Assembly (NCBI GenBank): GCA_965223295.1
Contig: CBDCWC010000003.1
Location: 224,001-288,000, forward strand
DNA from: Nitrospirales bacterium
GTDB taxonomy: Bacteria; Nitrospirota; Nitrospiria; Nitrospirales; UBA8639
Direction of reading: 5' to 3'
DNA: 64,000 bases
Of the stretch, positions 9,994-20,778 are shown piece after piece. The notes beneath the pieces were generated by a model. The model was given only the letters and a program-made list of their open reading frames with translations. It was not told where the DNA came from and did no database searches. Position 1 is the first letter of the stretch. Each line of letters starts with the position of its first letter. A program made the translations under genes and the position numbers.

Positions 9994-11051
9994 GCCACCA
10001 TCACCCCTCTTCAACCAGTCCTATCCCTCTTCAAGAACTGGCTCAGTGCATTCAGGTGCCCATTCAAGGTTCATCAGACATATTAATTTCTGGTTTATCC
10101 CATTTGGAAGGTGCCAGTTGCGGCGATCTTTCATTTGTCCTAAAACCCAAATTTCATGATACTGCCAGAAACTCGCAGGCGGCAGCATTCTTGACAACTC
10201 AGCCGATTCCCGATGATCCGCGTCCTCAGTTAATTACACCCAACCCTCTGCTCGCAGTCGCAACTCTTGCACACACCTATTTTCTGCCCGCTTCCCCGCA
10301 ACGAGGCATTGATCCTACTGCAGTTAGGGGGATCGACGTACGTATTGGCCCGGAGGTCTCAATCGGACCACTTGTCACAATTGGAAATCGAGCAGAAATC
10401 GGTGCAGGCGTCACGATTCATCCAGGAGTACACATAGGCGAGGATACCCGAATTGGAGACAATTGCATTTTGTACCCTCATGTCTCGTTATTGGCCAATT
10501 GTATTCTTGGTGCTCGTGTCATCCTGCATAGTGGCACAGTGATTGGAAGCGATGGTTTTGGCTACGCACAGCATGAAGGTTGTCACCAGAAAATCCCGCA
10601 GTTGGGGAATGTCATTATCGAAGATGACGTGGAATTAGGCGCGAATGTCACTATTGACAGGGCCACTTTTGGCAGTACCATTATCAAGCAAGGTACGAAG
10701 ATTGACAATCAAGTCCAAATTGCACATAACGTGATAATTGGAGAACATTGTATTATCGTTGCACAGGTGGGCATTGCCGGAAGCACACGCCTTGGGCACC
10801 ATGTGATGATTGGAGGACAAGCAGGATTAGTTGACCATCTCACGATTGGCGATCAGGTAAGAATTGCCTCAGGGGCAGGAGTTACTAATCATGTCGAGTC
10901 ACATCAAACAGTCGGCGGCCGTCCGGCCGTGGCTCATACCACCTGGCGCAAAGCACAAGTCTTACAATACCAACTACCTGATATGCGCAATGAACTGCGG
11001 GCACTGAGAAAAGAAGTTGAAGACCTGAAAAAACGCCTGCAAGAGTCCTGA
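9990..11051 (+). CDS. lpxD: UDP-3-O-acyl-glucosamine N-acyltransferase
   Basis: Hexapeptide repeats; [42 protein letters not shown]. Confidence 0.95.
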   Translation: MSHHHPSSTSPIPLQELAQCIQVPIQGSSDILISGLSHLEGASCGDLSFVLKPKFHDTARNSQAAAFLTTQPIPDDPRPQLITPNPLLAVATLAHTYFLPASPQRGIDPTAVRGIDVRIGPEVSIGPLVTIGNRAEIGAGVTIHPGVHIGEDTRIGDNCILYPHVSLLANCILGARVILHSGTVIGSDGFGYAQHEGCHQKIPQLGNVIIEDDVELGANVTIDRATFGSTIIKQGTKIDNQVQIAHNVIIGEHCIIVAQVGIAGSTRLGHHVMIGGQAGLVDHLTIGDQVRIASGAGVTNHVESHQTVGGRPAVAHTTWRKAQVLQYQLPDMRNELRALRKEVEDLKKRLQES

Positions 11052-11118
11052 AACAACTCTCCACGGACTTTCTGAATAGACTTTCGCAGCATAAAGCATC
11101 CCTATAGCAGACGTTCCT

Positions 11119-11307
11119 GGGAGTGTTGAATCATGAAGACAGCAAAGGCCATATTTCGCCAGGAAGCCCTTGGTGATCAGCTGCGTCGGGTCGGCTCAAA
11201 AAGTCCGTCTAGCAAGGCCGCAGCCATTTTTGCGCGCGGAACGTACTAGCACGACGTGAGACGGAAAAAGGGCGAGAACGCCGTTGGTGGCTTTTTTCAA
11301 TAGACCC
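11119..11307 (-). repeat. ~190-bp structured dispersed repeat, copy 3 (inverted)
   Basis: Reverse complement reads GGGTCTATTGAAAAAAGCCACCAACGGCGTTCTCGCC...TTCAACACTCCC and is colinear with copy 1 throughout. Lies between convergent genes. Confidence 0.85.
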
Positions 11308-11312
11308 TTTCT

Positions 11313-11846
11313 TTATTTCTTTGACGGAGGTAGAACTAACCCTTTCCAAAAAAACATCTTTGCCCAAAAATACCCTGCCCATGGCAACGCAAATGCTGCC
11401 ACTGGATCCATAAATCCCGTCCATACACAGATTCCTGACAGAATCACCAAAGCCATCATTCCCAAGAAGTACCACAACGGAACCAATCCTCGCCCTCGAT
11501 GTTCAATCGTTACTTCGGTCGCGGCTTTCTTGGCTTTCCGCACAGACCGTTGCGTGAAGGCTTTCATACGATTGGCAAAATAGCCTGGAAATTCCCGCAG
11601 GAGATATTGTTGATACTTCGTCTGCGCTAATCCAAAAAGCACCCCCGCAACAAGCAAGGCGGAGCTATAGGTAAAGGTCTCCCATCCATATCTTCCCATA
11701 TACAATTGATACCCTAACGCCACGACTCCCACTAAAATACAAATAAGTCCTAGGAGGCTTGCCGGAAATAAAATATAGGTTCGTACAAATTCTTGCGCCT
11801 TTTCCGTTTCATCTCCCTGGCGTCTGTTTGTAATAACTTTAGGCAT
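11313..11846 (-). CDS. Hypothetical membrane protein (about 4 TM)
   Basis: 177-aa ORF with four hydrophobic segments. Confidence 0.7.
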   Translation of the reverse strand: MPKVITNRRQGDETEKAQEFVRTYILFPASLLGLICILVGVVALGYQLYMGRYGWETFTYSSALLVAGVLFGLAQTKYQQYLLREFPGYFANRMKAFTQRSVRKAKKAATEVTIEHRGRGLVPLWYFLGMMALVILSGICVWTGFMDPVAAFALPWAGYFWAKMFFWKGLVLPPSKK

Positions 11847-12102
11847 AGGGGTTTTTTAAAAAAATTTAAAATGAATATTCAATTGAGAGAGGAGTCATGA
11901 TTCGGTTCTATGGCATCCTCTGGATCGGTACTTTCATCAAGGGGAATACGATAGCGTTCTCCAAACTAGCCCTGCAAATCGACGAGTTGGCAACGCTCAG
12001 AGCAAAAAGGCCGAAAGACATTCCCTTCCCAAGAAACGACTTTCCCGCAGATTGAACAGGTGCTTTTCCTCTCACTCATTCCACCAAACCTCAACGCACC
12101 AA

Positions 12103-13827
12103 TCAGACATGAAATTGAGCATCATACAAACCCGCATACAGCCCACCTTTCGCCAGCAACGTAGCATGATCGCCTTCTTCAAGAATATTGCCTTGATCAA
12201 TCACCACAATACGATCCACGGCCTGTAAGGTAGAGAGCCGATGGGCAATAATAAACGTGGTTCGTCCTAGCATCAACTCATCCATTGCAATTCGGATTTC
12301 CACTTCGGTCTCGGTATCAATATTCGAAGTGGCTTCATCCATGACGACTATAGGTGGATCTTTAAGAAGCACCCGCGCAATGGCCATACGTTGTTTCTGT
12401 CCAACTGACAACTTCACGCCCCGCTCGCCAATCCACGTATCGTAACCATCGGGAAGTGCTTGAATAAATTCATGAGCCTGCGCAGCTCTCGCTACGGCTT
12501 TGATCTGCTCAAAAGAAGCTACGAGATCCCCATAGGCCAAATTGTCTCTTACCGTCCCGTTAAATAAGAAAGGTTCCTGCTGAACAAACCCAATGTGTTC
12601 GCGCACAACCGATAACGGGAGCTCTCGAATATCATAGCCATCCAACTCAATCGCTCCAGCGTCAACATCATAAAAGCGAAAGAGCAGTTTCATCATCGTA
12701 CTTTTTCCAACGCCACTAGGACCTACCAGCGCGACATGCTCACCAGGCTCCACACGTAACGAGATCGCTGTAAAAACGGGGGTCTCCTCGCGATACGCAA
12801 AGCTCACATCTTTCCATTCAACTCTTCCCGACAATCGAGGGTTTTCAGGAATGAGGGTTCCTTGATCCGGCACAGCGGGCTTGGCATCCAGCACATCAAA
12901 GACTCGCTCGCTCGCAGCCAAGGCATGCTGGAGCAAATGATTCACCGAATGAATTTGATTCACCGGTGTATAAAACTGAGACAAATACATTAAAAATGCA
13001 ACAAGTTCGCCAGGCTTCAATGTCCCGGAAAATACCTCGCTCGCACCATAACCGATAACGAGGACTGTCCCCAGGTCTCCAATGAAGGTCATGCCTGGAG
13101 AGTACACAGACCATAACGACATCGCTTTCAAATTCGCTTGGCCGTACTTCTTAGACATGTCTTTGAAACGAGATTGTTCGTAGGGTTGACGATTAAAGCC
13201 CATAGTTTCCCGTATGCCTGAAAGGGCATCCTGTAAGTAGCCATTAAGTTCAGCCGCTTGTTGGCGAATCTCATGATAATATCCATGAACTCGATGGGTG
13301 AAAAAGACACCTCCAACGATAAGGATGGGAATGGGAAGAAGAACAAGCAATGCAAGTTTCCAATTTAGGACAAATAAAAGAGTCGTAATGCCAACCAGCG
13401 TCAGAGAAGCTGTCAGCATTCCCTCAAAACCATCAATGAAGATACGCTGAACATGTTCCGTATCATTCACCACACGAGACATAATTTCACCGGTTGACCG
13501 ATTCTCATAATAGTTCAAGGACAATCTCTGTAGAGCTCCAAAGACTTCCCGGCGAAGGCGGTGCACTACCCGTTGTTCAAGCATGTTATTAAATCGTATG
13601 CGAAGCGAATTGCTGAGGTTTTTCAAGCCATACGCGAGAATAAGTCCGCCAAGAATCCAGTACAATAGGCCTTCTTTTTGACTAGGAAGCACTTCATCAA
13701 TCACGATTTTTATGAGCCAAGGCGGGACTAGTCCAAACCCAGTCGTTAATGCCGCAAAGAGAAAGGTTAAACCAACCATGCTCCGATCTGGAGCAAGATA
13801 AACTAAAACTCGGAGAAGTGCTTTCAC
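12103..13827 (-). CDS. ABC exporter, fused permease/ATPase (MsbA/MdlB-like)
   Basis: N-terminal TM domain; [31 protein letters not shown]. Confidence 0.93.
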   Translation of the reverse strand: MKALLRVLVYLAPDRSMVGLTFLFAALTTGFGLVPPWLIKIVIDEVLPSQKEGLLYWILGGLILAYGLKNLSNSLRIRFNNMLEQRVVHRLRREVFGALQRLSLNYYENRSTGEIMSRVVNDTEHVQRIFIDGFEGMLTASLTLVGITTLLFVLNWKLALLVLLPIPILIVGGVFFTHRVHGYYHEIRQQAAELNGYLQDALSGIRETMGFNRQPYEQSRFKDMSKKYGQANLKAMSLWSVYSPGMTFIGDLGTVLVIGYGASEVFSGTLKPGELVAFLMYLSQFYTPVNQIHSVNHLLQHALAASERVFDVLDAKPAVPDQGTLIPENPRLSGRVEWKDVSFAYREETPVFTAISLRVEPGEHVALVGPSGVGKSTMMKLLFRFYDVDAGAIELDGYDIRELPLSVVREHIGFVQQEPFLFNGTVRDNLAYGDLVASFEQIKAVARAAQAHEFIQALPDGYDTWIGERGVKLSVGQKQRMAIARVLLKDPPIVVMDEATSNIDTETEVEIRIAMDELMLGRTTFIIAHRLSTLQAVDRIVVIDQGNILEEGDHATLLAKGGLYAGLYDAQFHV

Positions 13828-13952
13828 AGCAGAACTACAAATGTATTATTTCTGTAAAAAGACAATCCGGAAAGTCGTAGGAAATTTCCAGATCGTGTAT
13901 GCGGAGGTGACAGTTCAGATGTCATTCGGTAGAGAGTTTTGATCCTACACCC

Positions 13953-14483
13953 TTAAATCACTGAGGAAGATTCTTCTTTCCAATAGGCATCAAACTCTTC
14001 TAGCTGAGTGAGTGTCGACATATCGGTCATACGATCAATAAATAATTTTCCGAGCAAGTGATCCATTTCATGTTGAATACAGACGGCATACAATCCATTG
14101 GCCTCAATATCTTGGAGCACTCCATGTCGATCATAGGCTTGCACACGCACCATGGAAGGCCTGACCACTTTCCCTCGCATATTATCGATACTCAAACACC
14201 CCTCCCACATTTCAGTTTGGGTGGGGCCATAAAACACAATTTTCGGATTAATAAGTACCGTTTTAGGAATACCATCGCTTCCACCACATTCCATCACCAC
14301 TACCTGTTCAGACTGAGCGACTTGCGGAGCAGCCAATCCAATCCCTTCGTAATGCACCATCGTGTCGAACATATCATCAATAAATTTCTGAAACCTCGGA
14401 CTCTCAATCGTCGCCGGATCAACTGCCTTGGCAACTTGACGAAGAATTGGATTGCCGACTTTTGCTATGTGTAACACAGCCAT
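13953..14483 (-). CDS. def: Peptide deformylase
   Basis: GIGLAAPQV, EGCLS, QHEMDHL. Confidence 0.97.
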   Translation of the reverse strand: MAVLHIAKVGNPILRQVAKAVDPATIESPRFQKFIDDMFDTMVHYEGIGLAAPQVAQSEQVVVMECGGSDGIPKTVLINPKIVFYGPTQTEMWEGCLSIDNMRGKVVRPSMVRVQAYDRHGVLQDIEANGLYAVCIQHEMDHLLGKLFIDRMTDMSTLTQLEEFDAYWKEESSSVI

Positions 14484-14582
14484 CTAACCTGACTCCTTAT
14501 GTTAACCTTCACGTGTGAGTTGCGACAAAACCTGTACAATATTCACGACATCTGAACATGTGCCCTAGTCACAAGTCTCCTA

Positions 14583-15410
14583 CTAACTTATATCCAAATT
14601 AGCTGGCGATTCGGGTGAAGGCGCTGGCGAAGACGGTCCATCAAATCGATGCTTGTTGGTCTCCCACCATTCCCACCATTCCTTAGCCCATTCTTTTCGA
14701 TTTTCTTGAGTCGATACTTCCCAATCATGAATGGCTCCGCTAAACCGGGTCAGAGTCCAAAATGAATCCCGCGCGGTGATTGAGACAAATCGTTCAGGAT
14801 CAGGAATCGCGCTAATAATGAGGGGAAGGACTTCTTTTCGATGGACAAACCGGGCTTCAAACACCGCAGTGTTACGGATCGTAGAATTAGGATCTTTCAC
14901 CATCACTTCGATAGCCGGAATGACTTGATTAGGATCCAGCCGAGTGGCAACCCGAAGCGCATGTGATCGTATTTTGGACTCCTCATTGGGTTCCATGGCG
15001 ACTTCGACTAAAGCGGGTGCAGCAGAGGGATCTTTAATGATCGACAAGGTTTCAACGGCATTAAATCGCACTCGAGGCCCAGGCATCTTTAACGCTTTCA
15101 CTAAATGGGGAACCGAATGTTTCCCAAAATGCACAAATTCACCGATCGCCCAGAGCTCCTGCTTCCCATCCAAGAGAGGAAGAAGCGACGCCAAACGCTC
15201 TTGGCCTTGTGCATCTAATGTTTCAGGAGCAGGAGTCGCATCTTCTGCGGGCGTATAATCAGGCTGTGAAGGCGGCTCATAAGGTAACTGTACGAACCAT
15301 GTCTCTGGAATGCGGTCATGGTGACCAGCCCAAACGAAGCTGGATCCCAGAAAAAAAACTAGAGCCAGGCAGCGCAAAAATTTGCCTTTAGGCCTTATTT
15401 GCCGAATCAT
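14583..15410 (-). CDS. Exported HEAT/PBS-lyase repeat protein
   Basis: Signal peptide; HEAT-like repeats VPHLVKAL...VRFNAVETL, APALVEV...IRSHAL, KDPNSTIRNTAV. Confidence 0.75.
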   Translation of the reverse strand: MIRQIRPKGKFLRCLALVFFLGSSFVWAGHHDRIPETWFVQLPYEPPSQPDYTPAEDATPAPETLDAQGQERLASLLPLLDGKQELWAIGEFVHFGKHSVPHLVKALKMPGPRVRFNAVETLSIIKDPSAAPALVEVAMEPNEESKIRSHALRVATRLDPNQVIPAIEVMVKDPNSTIRNTAVFEARFVHRKEVLPLIISAIPDPERFVSITARDSFWTLTRFSGAIHDWEVSTQENRKEWAKEWWEWWETNKHRFDGPSSPAPSPESPANLDIS

Positions 15411-15553
15411 TAGAATCCTTTTCGTCAGTCTTTCATCAAATACATAAAAGCTTATTTAGTCTAGTGGCAGATGGCTAAAACGGTCAAGCCAACATCCCTG
15501 CCCCAATTCTATTCAAGGACATCATCAAGGTGAGACGAGCACCGACAATTCCA

Positions 15554-16615
15554 TCAGTGGACTTTCAGCTCAGTCCAAGCTCGATCATAGTCACGAATGG
15601 CCTCTTGAACATCCTCTATCCACTCCATTCGTGAAAGCACATCATCTGGCGGATAGACAGCCACATTGTTACGTATTTCAGGCGGTAATTGGTTTCGGAC
15701 ATGCCGGTTCGCAGAAGCAAATAACAATCGCTGAGACGTCAACAAGGCAACCTGTTCATCTAATAGATAGTTAATAAAATCCATAGCTAGTTCTTTCTGT
15801 TCCGAACTTGCCAACACCGCTAAACAATCTGTCCAAATGGTGCCCCCTTCTTGAGGAATTGCAAACTGGATTGAGGGTTGTTCTCGCATAGCCCGAGCCA
15901 CAGGGCCGCCCCAGGCATGGGCCACCACCACATCACCGGACACTAGCAGATGATCAAATTGCTCACTCGTATAGGCTTTGACCAACGGTTTTTGAACAAT
16001 CAGATGATTTTTGGCCTCTTGAATCTTTCCTGCATCTCGACTATTGAGAGAATACCCCAGAGATCGCAAGGCCAGTCCAAAGACTTCCCGTTGGTCATTT
16101 AACATACTGATACGCCCAGAATATTGTGGATCCCACAACACATCCCAACTGGTTGGAATATCCGCCACAACATCCGCGTTGTATCCGATTCCGACGGTTC
16201 CCCATAAATATGGGATGGCAAATTTTTGCGTCGGATCAAACGGCAATTGAGTCAAATGCGGTTCCAAGTCTTGGACATGGGGAATTTGAGCAAGATTCAG
16301 TTCCGCCAACAGCCCAAGCCGCCCCATGATGCCGGCCATGAAATCGGAAGGCACCACGACATCATATCCCGTCATCCCCGTTTGAACTTTTGCCAATAAC
16401 TCTTCATTGCTGCTGAACGTGTCAATAACAACACGGGCGCCCCGACTGGCCTCAAATGCCTTCATTAGTTCCGGATCAACATAATCCGACCAGGTGTAAT
16501 AATGGAGCGTCGAAGACCCAGACTTTCCTGATTGCGGGGGCACCGACGGATCAGTACATCCTGCAAACACAAAGAGCAAGCCCGAACAGCAAAGACCTGT
16601 CCACATTATCTTCAT
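15554..16615 (-). CDS. potD: Spermidine/putrescine ABC transporter substrate-binding lipoprotein
   Basis: Lipobox FAGC; YTWSDY, SNEELLAK, YDVVVPS, PYLWGTVGIGYN. Confidence 0.92.
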   Translation of the reverse strand: MKIMWTGLCCSGLLFVFAGCTDPSVPPQSGKSGSSTLHYYTWSDYVDPELMKAFEASRGARVVIDTFSSNEELLAKVQTGMTGYDVVVPSDFMAGIMGRLGLLAELNLAQIPHVQDLEPHLTQLPFDPTQKFAIPYLWGTVGIGYNADVVADIPTSWDVLWDPQYSGRISMLNDQREVFGLALRSLGYSLNSRDAGKIQEAKNHLIVQKPLVKAYTSEQFDHLLVSGDVVVAHAWGGPVARAMREQPSIQFAIPQEGGTIWTDCLAVLASSEQKELAMDFINYLLDEQVALLTSQRLLFASANRHVRNQLPPEIRNNVAVYPPDDVLSRMEWIEDVQEAIRDYDRAWTELKVH

Positions 16616-16619
16616 GGAT

Positions 16620-17423
16620 TTACTTCGAGAGAGTCACAATTGGAGAATAGGTAGGAGCGCGTTGCTGAAACATCCAAGACAAGCCGATGCACACCATCGA
16701 GACGACAACCATGATAGCTGACAAGGCATTTACCTCTGGAGTCAATCCCGTTTTGATCATGGAAAAGACTTTAAGCGGTAAGGTGGTAGTCCCTGGACCT
16801 GCCACGAAAAATGTTACCACAAAATCATCCAGTGACACCGTAAAACTCAGAAGTGCGGCTCCCACTATAGCTGGGCGTAACATGGGAAGAGTAATATGAG
16901 TGAAGATCTTCCACGAGTCTGCTCCAAGATCCCGGGCCGCATCCTCCCATGCCGGATCCAGTTTCTGGAGTCGAGCTCGGAGAATCACCACGGTCAAGGG
17001 AACATTAAACACCATATGCCCAATGATAATAGAACCAAATCCCAGGGGAATCTGAAGCAGCACAAACATCAGCAGTAAGGCCACTCCCAGCAAGATTTCC
17101 GGAATCACCAAAGGCAATACCAGTAGAGTTGGTAACCATTTCATACGACGATGGTATCCCTTCTCCAGTCCAACAGCCGTACCGATACCCAATAACAATG
17201 AGAAGACCGTGGACATACAGGCGATAATCAAGCTATTGACCGTGGCATCGATCATTGATGGATCTGCAAACAATCTCTCATACCAATGTAAAGAAAATCC
17301 TTTCCATTCCACACCCATTGATGAAGCATTGAAAGAAAGGCTGATCAGAATGATGACTGGCAGGTACAAAAAAATGATGACCATCACACCTGCAATACGA
17401 ACTGATATCGGCACTTGATTCAT
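16620..17423 (-). CDS. potC: Polyamine ABC permease
   Basis: FLYLP..SFN, EDAARDLGA, FTVSLDDF, TTLPL. Likely start is ATG 17423 (MNQVP), overlapping the potB stop. Confidence 0.9.
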   Translation of the reverse strand: MNQVPISVRIAGVMVIIFLYLPVIILISLSFNASSMGVEWKGFSLHWYERLFADPSMIDATVNSLIIACMSTVFSLLLGIGTAVGLEKGYHRRMKWLPTLLVLPLVIPEILLGVALLLMFVLLQIPLGFGSIIIGHMVFNVPLTVVILRARLQKLDPAWEDAARDLGADSWKIFTHITLPMLRPAIVGAALLSFTVSLDDFVVTFFVAGPGTTTLPLKVFSMIKTGLTPEVNALSAIMVVVSMVCIGLSWMFQQRAPTYSPIVTLSK

Positions 17424-18280
17424 GGAATATTGCTCCCAATGGTCTTTCGACTTAACACAAACCATAGCATCAGTGCCGTCCCCACTAATCCAAACGACAG
17501 CGCTGAGCCAAATGGCCAATCACGTGCGACAAGAAACTCTTGCTGTATAAGGGTCCCGATCATCATATTTTTCCCTCCACCCAACAGATAGGGCGTGATA
17601 AATGCCCCAAGGGAAGGAATGAAGACAAGAACACCACCCGCGATAAACCCTGGTTTGCTGAGAGGGATGATGACATAACGAATCATAGAACCGAATGAAG
17701 CATACAAGTCATACGCTGCTTCTTCTAACTCTGGAGCAATGCGTTCAATGGCCACAATCAAGGGCAGAACCATAAATGGAAGGTAACCATAAACCAAACC
17801 CAGGACGATTGCTAAATCAGTAAAAAGTAAGGAAAGAGGCTCTGCTTGGAACCCTAGTTGAAGGAGTAAGGAATTGAAGACACCATCGGCTCGTAAGATT
17901 AAGACCCAGGCATATGTGCGAACTAAAAAATTCGTCCAGAATGGAACCATGACTACGATAAGCCATATAACTTGCCAGCGAGGAGAGGCTCGAGCAACGC
18001 AGTAGGCCAAGGGAAAACCCACGACTGCACACACTAGAGTCGTTACACTTGCAAACAGCATTGATCGAAGAAAGATCATACCAATTAGCGGATCGGCTAA
18101 CCGTCGATAATTCTCTAACGTGCCGATCCATTCCACTCCACCATACATGCCCCTACTCGCCAAACTCACGCCAAGCACGATGGCCAACGGAACAAGAAAG
18201 AAAAGGACGAAAAACAGCCCGGCTGCCCAGAGTGAACCGATAATCGGCCACGAGAATGCATGAATAGGTGCTTTTGTCAC
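17420..18280 (-). CDS. potB: Polyamine ABC permease
   Basis: PFWTNFLVRTYAW, YGYLPFMVLP, EEAAYDL, RDWPFGSALS. Confidence 0.92.
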   Translation of the reverse strand: MTKAPIHAFSWPIIGSLWAAGLFFVLFFLVPLAIVLGVSLASRGMYGGVEWIGTLENYRRLADPLIGMIFLRSMLFASVTTLVCAVVGFPLAYCVARASPRWQVIWLIVVMVPFWTNFLVRTYAWVLILRADGVFNSLLLQLGFQAEPLSLLFTDLAIVLGLVYGYLPFMVLPLIVAIERIAPELEEAAYDLYASFGSMIRYVIIPLSKPGFIAGGVLVFIPSLGAFITPYLLGGGKNMMIGTLIQQEFLVARDWPFGSALSFGLVGTALMLWFVLSRKTIGSNIP

Positions 18281-18303
18281 AAGAAGAATATAGAGAACGA
18301 GGA

Positions 18304-19389
18304 TTAGGACATCAAAGCCAACCCTTCATCAACTGCCCATTGAAGATACACAGTTTGTCCAACATCCAAAGAACCTTTGTGAGTCTCATGTATCGGCACT
18401 CGAGCGGTCCAGAGATGATCATTTTGAAGCTGAAATTGATAGACAAATTCATTACCCTGAAACACAACTGATTTCACACAAGCAGAGAGAGCATTGTCGT
18501 ATTTCTTGAGCCGGAGATCTGTCGCAATATGTAGCCGTTCGGGCCGAACCATTATTGTCACGGATTCTTGTTCAAGACCTTCTCCAAGGCATGCTGCCAT
18601 CAAAACCGGACACCCTTCAGGCTCAACCCAACATATCCCCTTCTCAACGCGCAGAATCCTTCCAGACAAGGAATTCGACAGGCCAACAAATTTGGCTACG
18701 GTCAACGATGTGGGCCGTCCATAGACCTCTTGAGGGGTCCCGACTTGCAGAAGTTTTCCACGATGCATGACCCCGATTCGATCAGAAAGCATCAAGGCTT
18801 CATCCTGTTGATGCGTCACACAAACAAAGGTTCCGGCGACCTCTCGCTGTACTCGTTTCAGTTCTTCTTGCATTTCCTGTCGTAACTGCTGATCTAACGC
18901 CGCTAAAGGTTCATCCAACAACAAGACAGCAGGGCTATTGACAAGCGCACGAGCTAACGCCACGCGCTGTTGTTCCCCGCCAGATAGTTGCGCTGGCAGC
19001 CGGTGGGTTTTCCCCTCCAAACGCACCAAAGCTGTCATGCGTTCGACAGCCGTTCGAATATCATTTTTTGTTTGTCCCCGCATGGTTAAGCCAAAGGCAA
19101 TATTGTCAAAAACGGTCATATGGGGGAAAAGCGCATACTGCTGAAATACCATATTCACAGGACGGGCATGAGGAGGATCAGCGTTAACCACCCGCTGTTC
19201 TAGAGTAATCGTTCCAGAATCAGGAACATCCAATCCGGCGATCAATCGAAGGATCGAGGTCTTTCCAGACCCACTAGGACCGAGTACTGAAAAGAATTCC
19301 CCCCGTTTGATATTCAGCGACACATGATCCACGGCGACCACCGAACCATGGATTTTCACCACCTTTTCAAACTTAACGATGGGGATCAC
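18304..19389 (-). CDS. potA: Polyamine ABC ATP-binding subunit
   Basis: GPSGSGKT, VFQQYALFPHMTV, LSGGEQQRVALARA, TOBE-like C-terminus. Confidence 0.92.
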   Translation of the reverse strand: MIPIVKFEKVVKIHGSVVAVDHVSLNIKRGEFFSVLGPSGSGKTSILRLIAGLDVPDSGTITLEQRVVNADPPHARPVNMVFQQYALFPHMTVFDNIAFGLTMRGQTKNDIRTAVERMTALVRLEGKTHRLPAQLSGGEQQRVALARALVNSPAVLLLDEPLAALDQQLRQEMQEELKRVQREVAGTFVCVTHQQDEALMLSDRIGVMHRGKLLQVGTPQEVYGRPTSLTVAKFVGLSNSLSGRILRVEKGICWVEPEGCPVLMAACLGEGLEQESVTIMVRPERLHIATDLRLKKYDNALSACVKSVVFQGNEFVYQFQLQNDHLWTARVPIHETHKGSLDVGQTVYLQWAVDEGLALMS

Positions 19390-19580
19390 AAAGGAATGCC
19401 GTTCTTATGGGGTTTGGACCATCAGAATGGATGGCACTGGATTTTATGGAGGGAGGAAAAAGGAAGTCAATGCAAGACCAGACAACAACTAGGTGCCTGA
19501 CGTCTCCAGCAAACTTCCTTTCTTAGGGACAAAAAATTTTCTCAGTAAGGAAATCAGGGAAGAATCGCCTCAGAAGCCCT

Positions 19581-19814
19581 TTACTCGTTCTTGACACTCA
19601 TCCGCATCAACGATTGCAGCACGGCTTCTTGCACAGTCGAACAGGGGTCTTCAAGGGCAGTCGTCAATGCTTCAAGTGCTAATCGCTGATCAGAGACTCC
19701 AGCCGTCTCCCCACCCAGCTGAATGGCAGCATCAAACCGTGTATCTGGATCTTGATGGAACAACAAGGCGTGGGACGACCCGTCAACGTTTTTAGGGCCA
19801 GTTTTTATATACAT
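19581..19814 (-). CDS. Small HEAT-repeat protein
   Basis: AAGGAG RBS; DPDTRFDAAIQLG...LEALTTALEDPCSTVQEAVLQSL. Confidence 0.65.
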   Translation of the reverse strand: MYIKTGPKNVDGSSHALLFHQDPDTRFDAAIQLGGETAGVSDQRLALEALTTALEDPCSTVQEAVLQSLMRMSVKNE

Positions 19815-19947
19815 TACGTGTCTCCTTGTCTCACATGCTCAAGGCTTTATATGCCAATCGGGGATTTTTATGGAATTCTTGAGGATCTTTTTGTGGTCTG
19901 TTGAAGAATGTTGTCGTGTATTTGTGGCAGTTCTGTACAATTACTCC

Positions 19948-20346
19948 CTAGAGGATAGCTTCTTCTAGTGAATCATAGATTGGCACGAGCTTGGAAAAAT
20001 TGACAAATTCCAGCATTTCCCGAACTCTGGGTCGAGGGTTCGCCATACTAAGACGAATATTCTGACGGTTAAGATGATGGTAGGTCAAAAATAATTTCCC
20101 CAACCCTCGGCTATCAATAGTTTTCAAGCTTTGAAGATTCAGAAGAATATGCTGCCTTCGAGCCTCTTGAGCCTGACACACCGCAGACTCTAAAGCATGC
20201 TCAGCTTGAGTATCTAAACAGGCTCCAAGGGTAATGATATGCATCGCTGAATGAAGGGCAGGTTTCGTAGAATGCTCACTCATCACTGGCCAATCTTTTC
20301 GGTTTGTCTTTTTCCCAACTTGAGGAATGAACGAATGCCTCTCCAA
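19948..20346 (-). CDS. STAS-domain anti-sigma-factor antagonist (start may be ~20283)
   Basis: ILLNLQSLKTIDSRGLG...L, SpoIIAA/RsbV-like with the conserved Ser. Confidence 0.8.
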   Translation of the reverse strand: MERHSFIPQVGKKTNRKDWPVMSEHSTKPALHSAMHIITLGACLDTQAEHALESAVCQAQEARRQHILLNLQSLKTIDSRGLGKLFLTYHHLNRQNIRLSMANPRPRVREMLEFVNFSKLVPIYDSLEEAIL

Positions 20347-20352
20347 GCACAG

Positions 20353-20712
20353 CTAGGCCACGGAACGGACTGGCGGTTTTTGCTGCACAATCGGAATAAC
20401 GGTCGAAAAATTCACGAGTTGAAGCAGGGCTTCGACGGAGGGCTTAGGGTTCTTAACCGTTAAAGCTATCCCTTTTTTTCGCAGAGAATAATAGAGGAGC
20501 AACATTTTACCAATCCCGGCACTATCTATTGACGACACTTTTGAAAAATCAAGAATCACCTGTGTACATGGACGCCCCTCTCCCGCAGCTAACGCCGTTT
20601 CAACAGGGACACGGGCAGCTTTATCAAACCGCCCTGACAACAACAATATCCGAGTCTTTTTGTCCCATCGTGCCATCACTAACATCTGCTGTTCCCTCCC
20701 GCCATGTGCCAA
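20353..20712 (-). CDS. STAS-domain anti-sigma-factor antagonist
   Basis: LSGRFD...VILDFSKVSSIDSAGIG. Tandem paralog of the adjacent gene. Confidence 0.85.
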   Translation of the reverse strand: MAHGGREQQMLVMARWDKKTRILLLSGRFDKAARVPVETALAAGEGRPCTQVILDFSKVSSIDSAGIGKMLLLYYSLRKKGIALTVKNPKPSVEALLQLVNFSTVIPIVQQKPPVRSVA

Positions 20713-20762
20713 TATCTAACGTGTTCTTCGGAACCACCTGCATCTTTCTCATTAATATCCTC

Positions 20763-20778
20763 AGCAACCCATGTGCCA
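20763..20778 (-). promoter_or_regulatory. Putative sigma-54 promoter for the STAS pair
   Basis: Minus strand TGGCACATGGGTTGCT, a near-perfect TGGCAC-N5-TTGC match, about 50 bp upstream of the start. Confidence 0.75.

Noticed and set aside
19838-19858. Minus-strand TTGGCATATAAAGC as a sigma-54 promoter
   Set aside because: Spacing is 8 nt and there is no TTGC.
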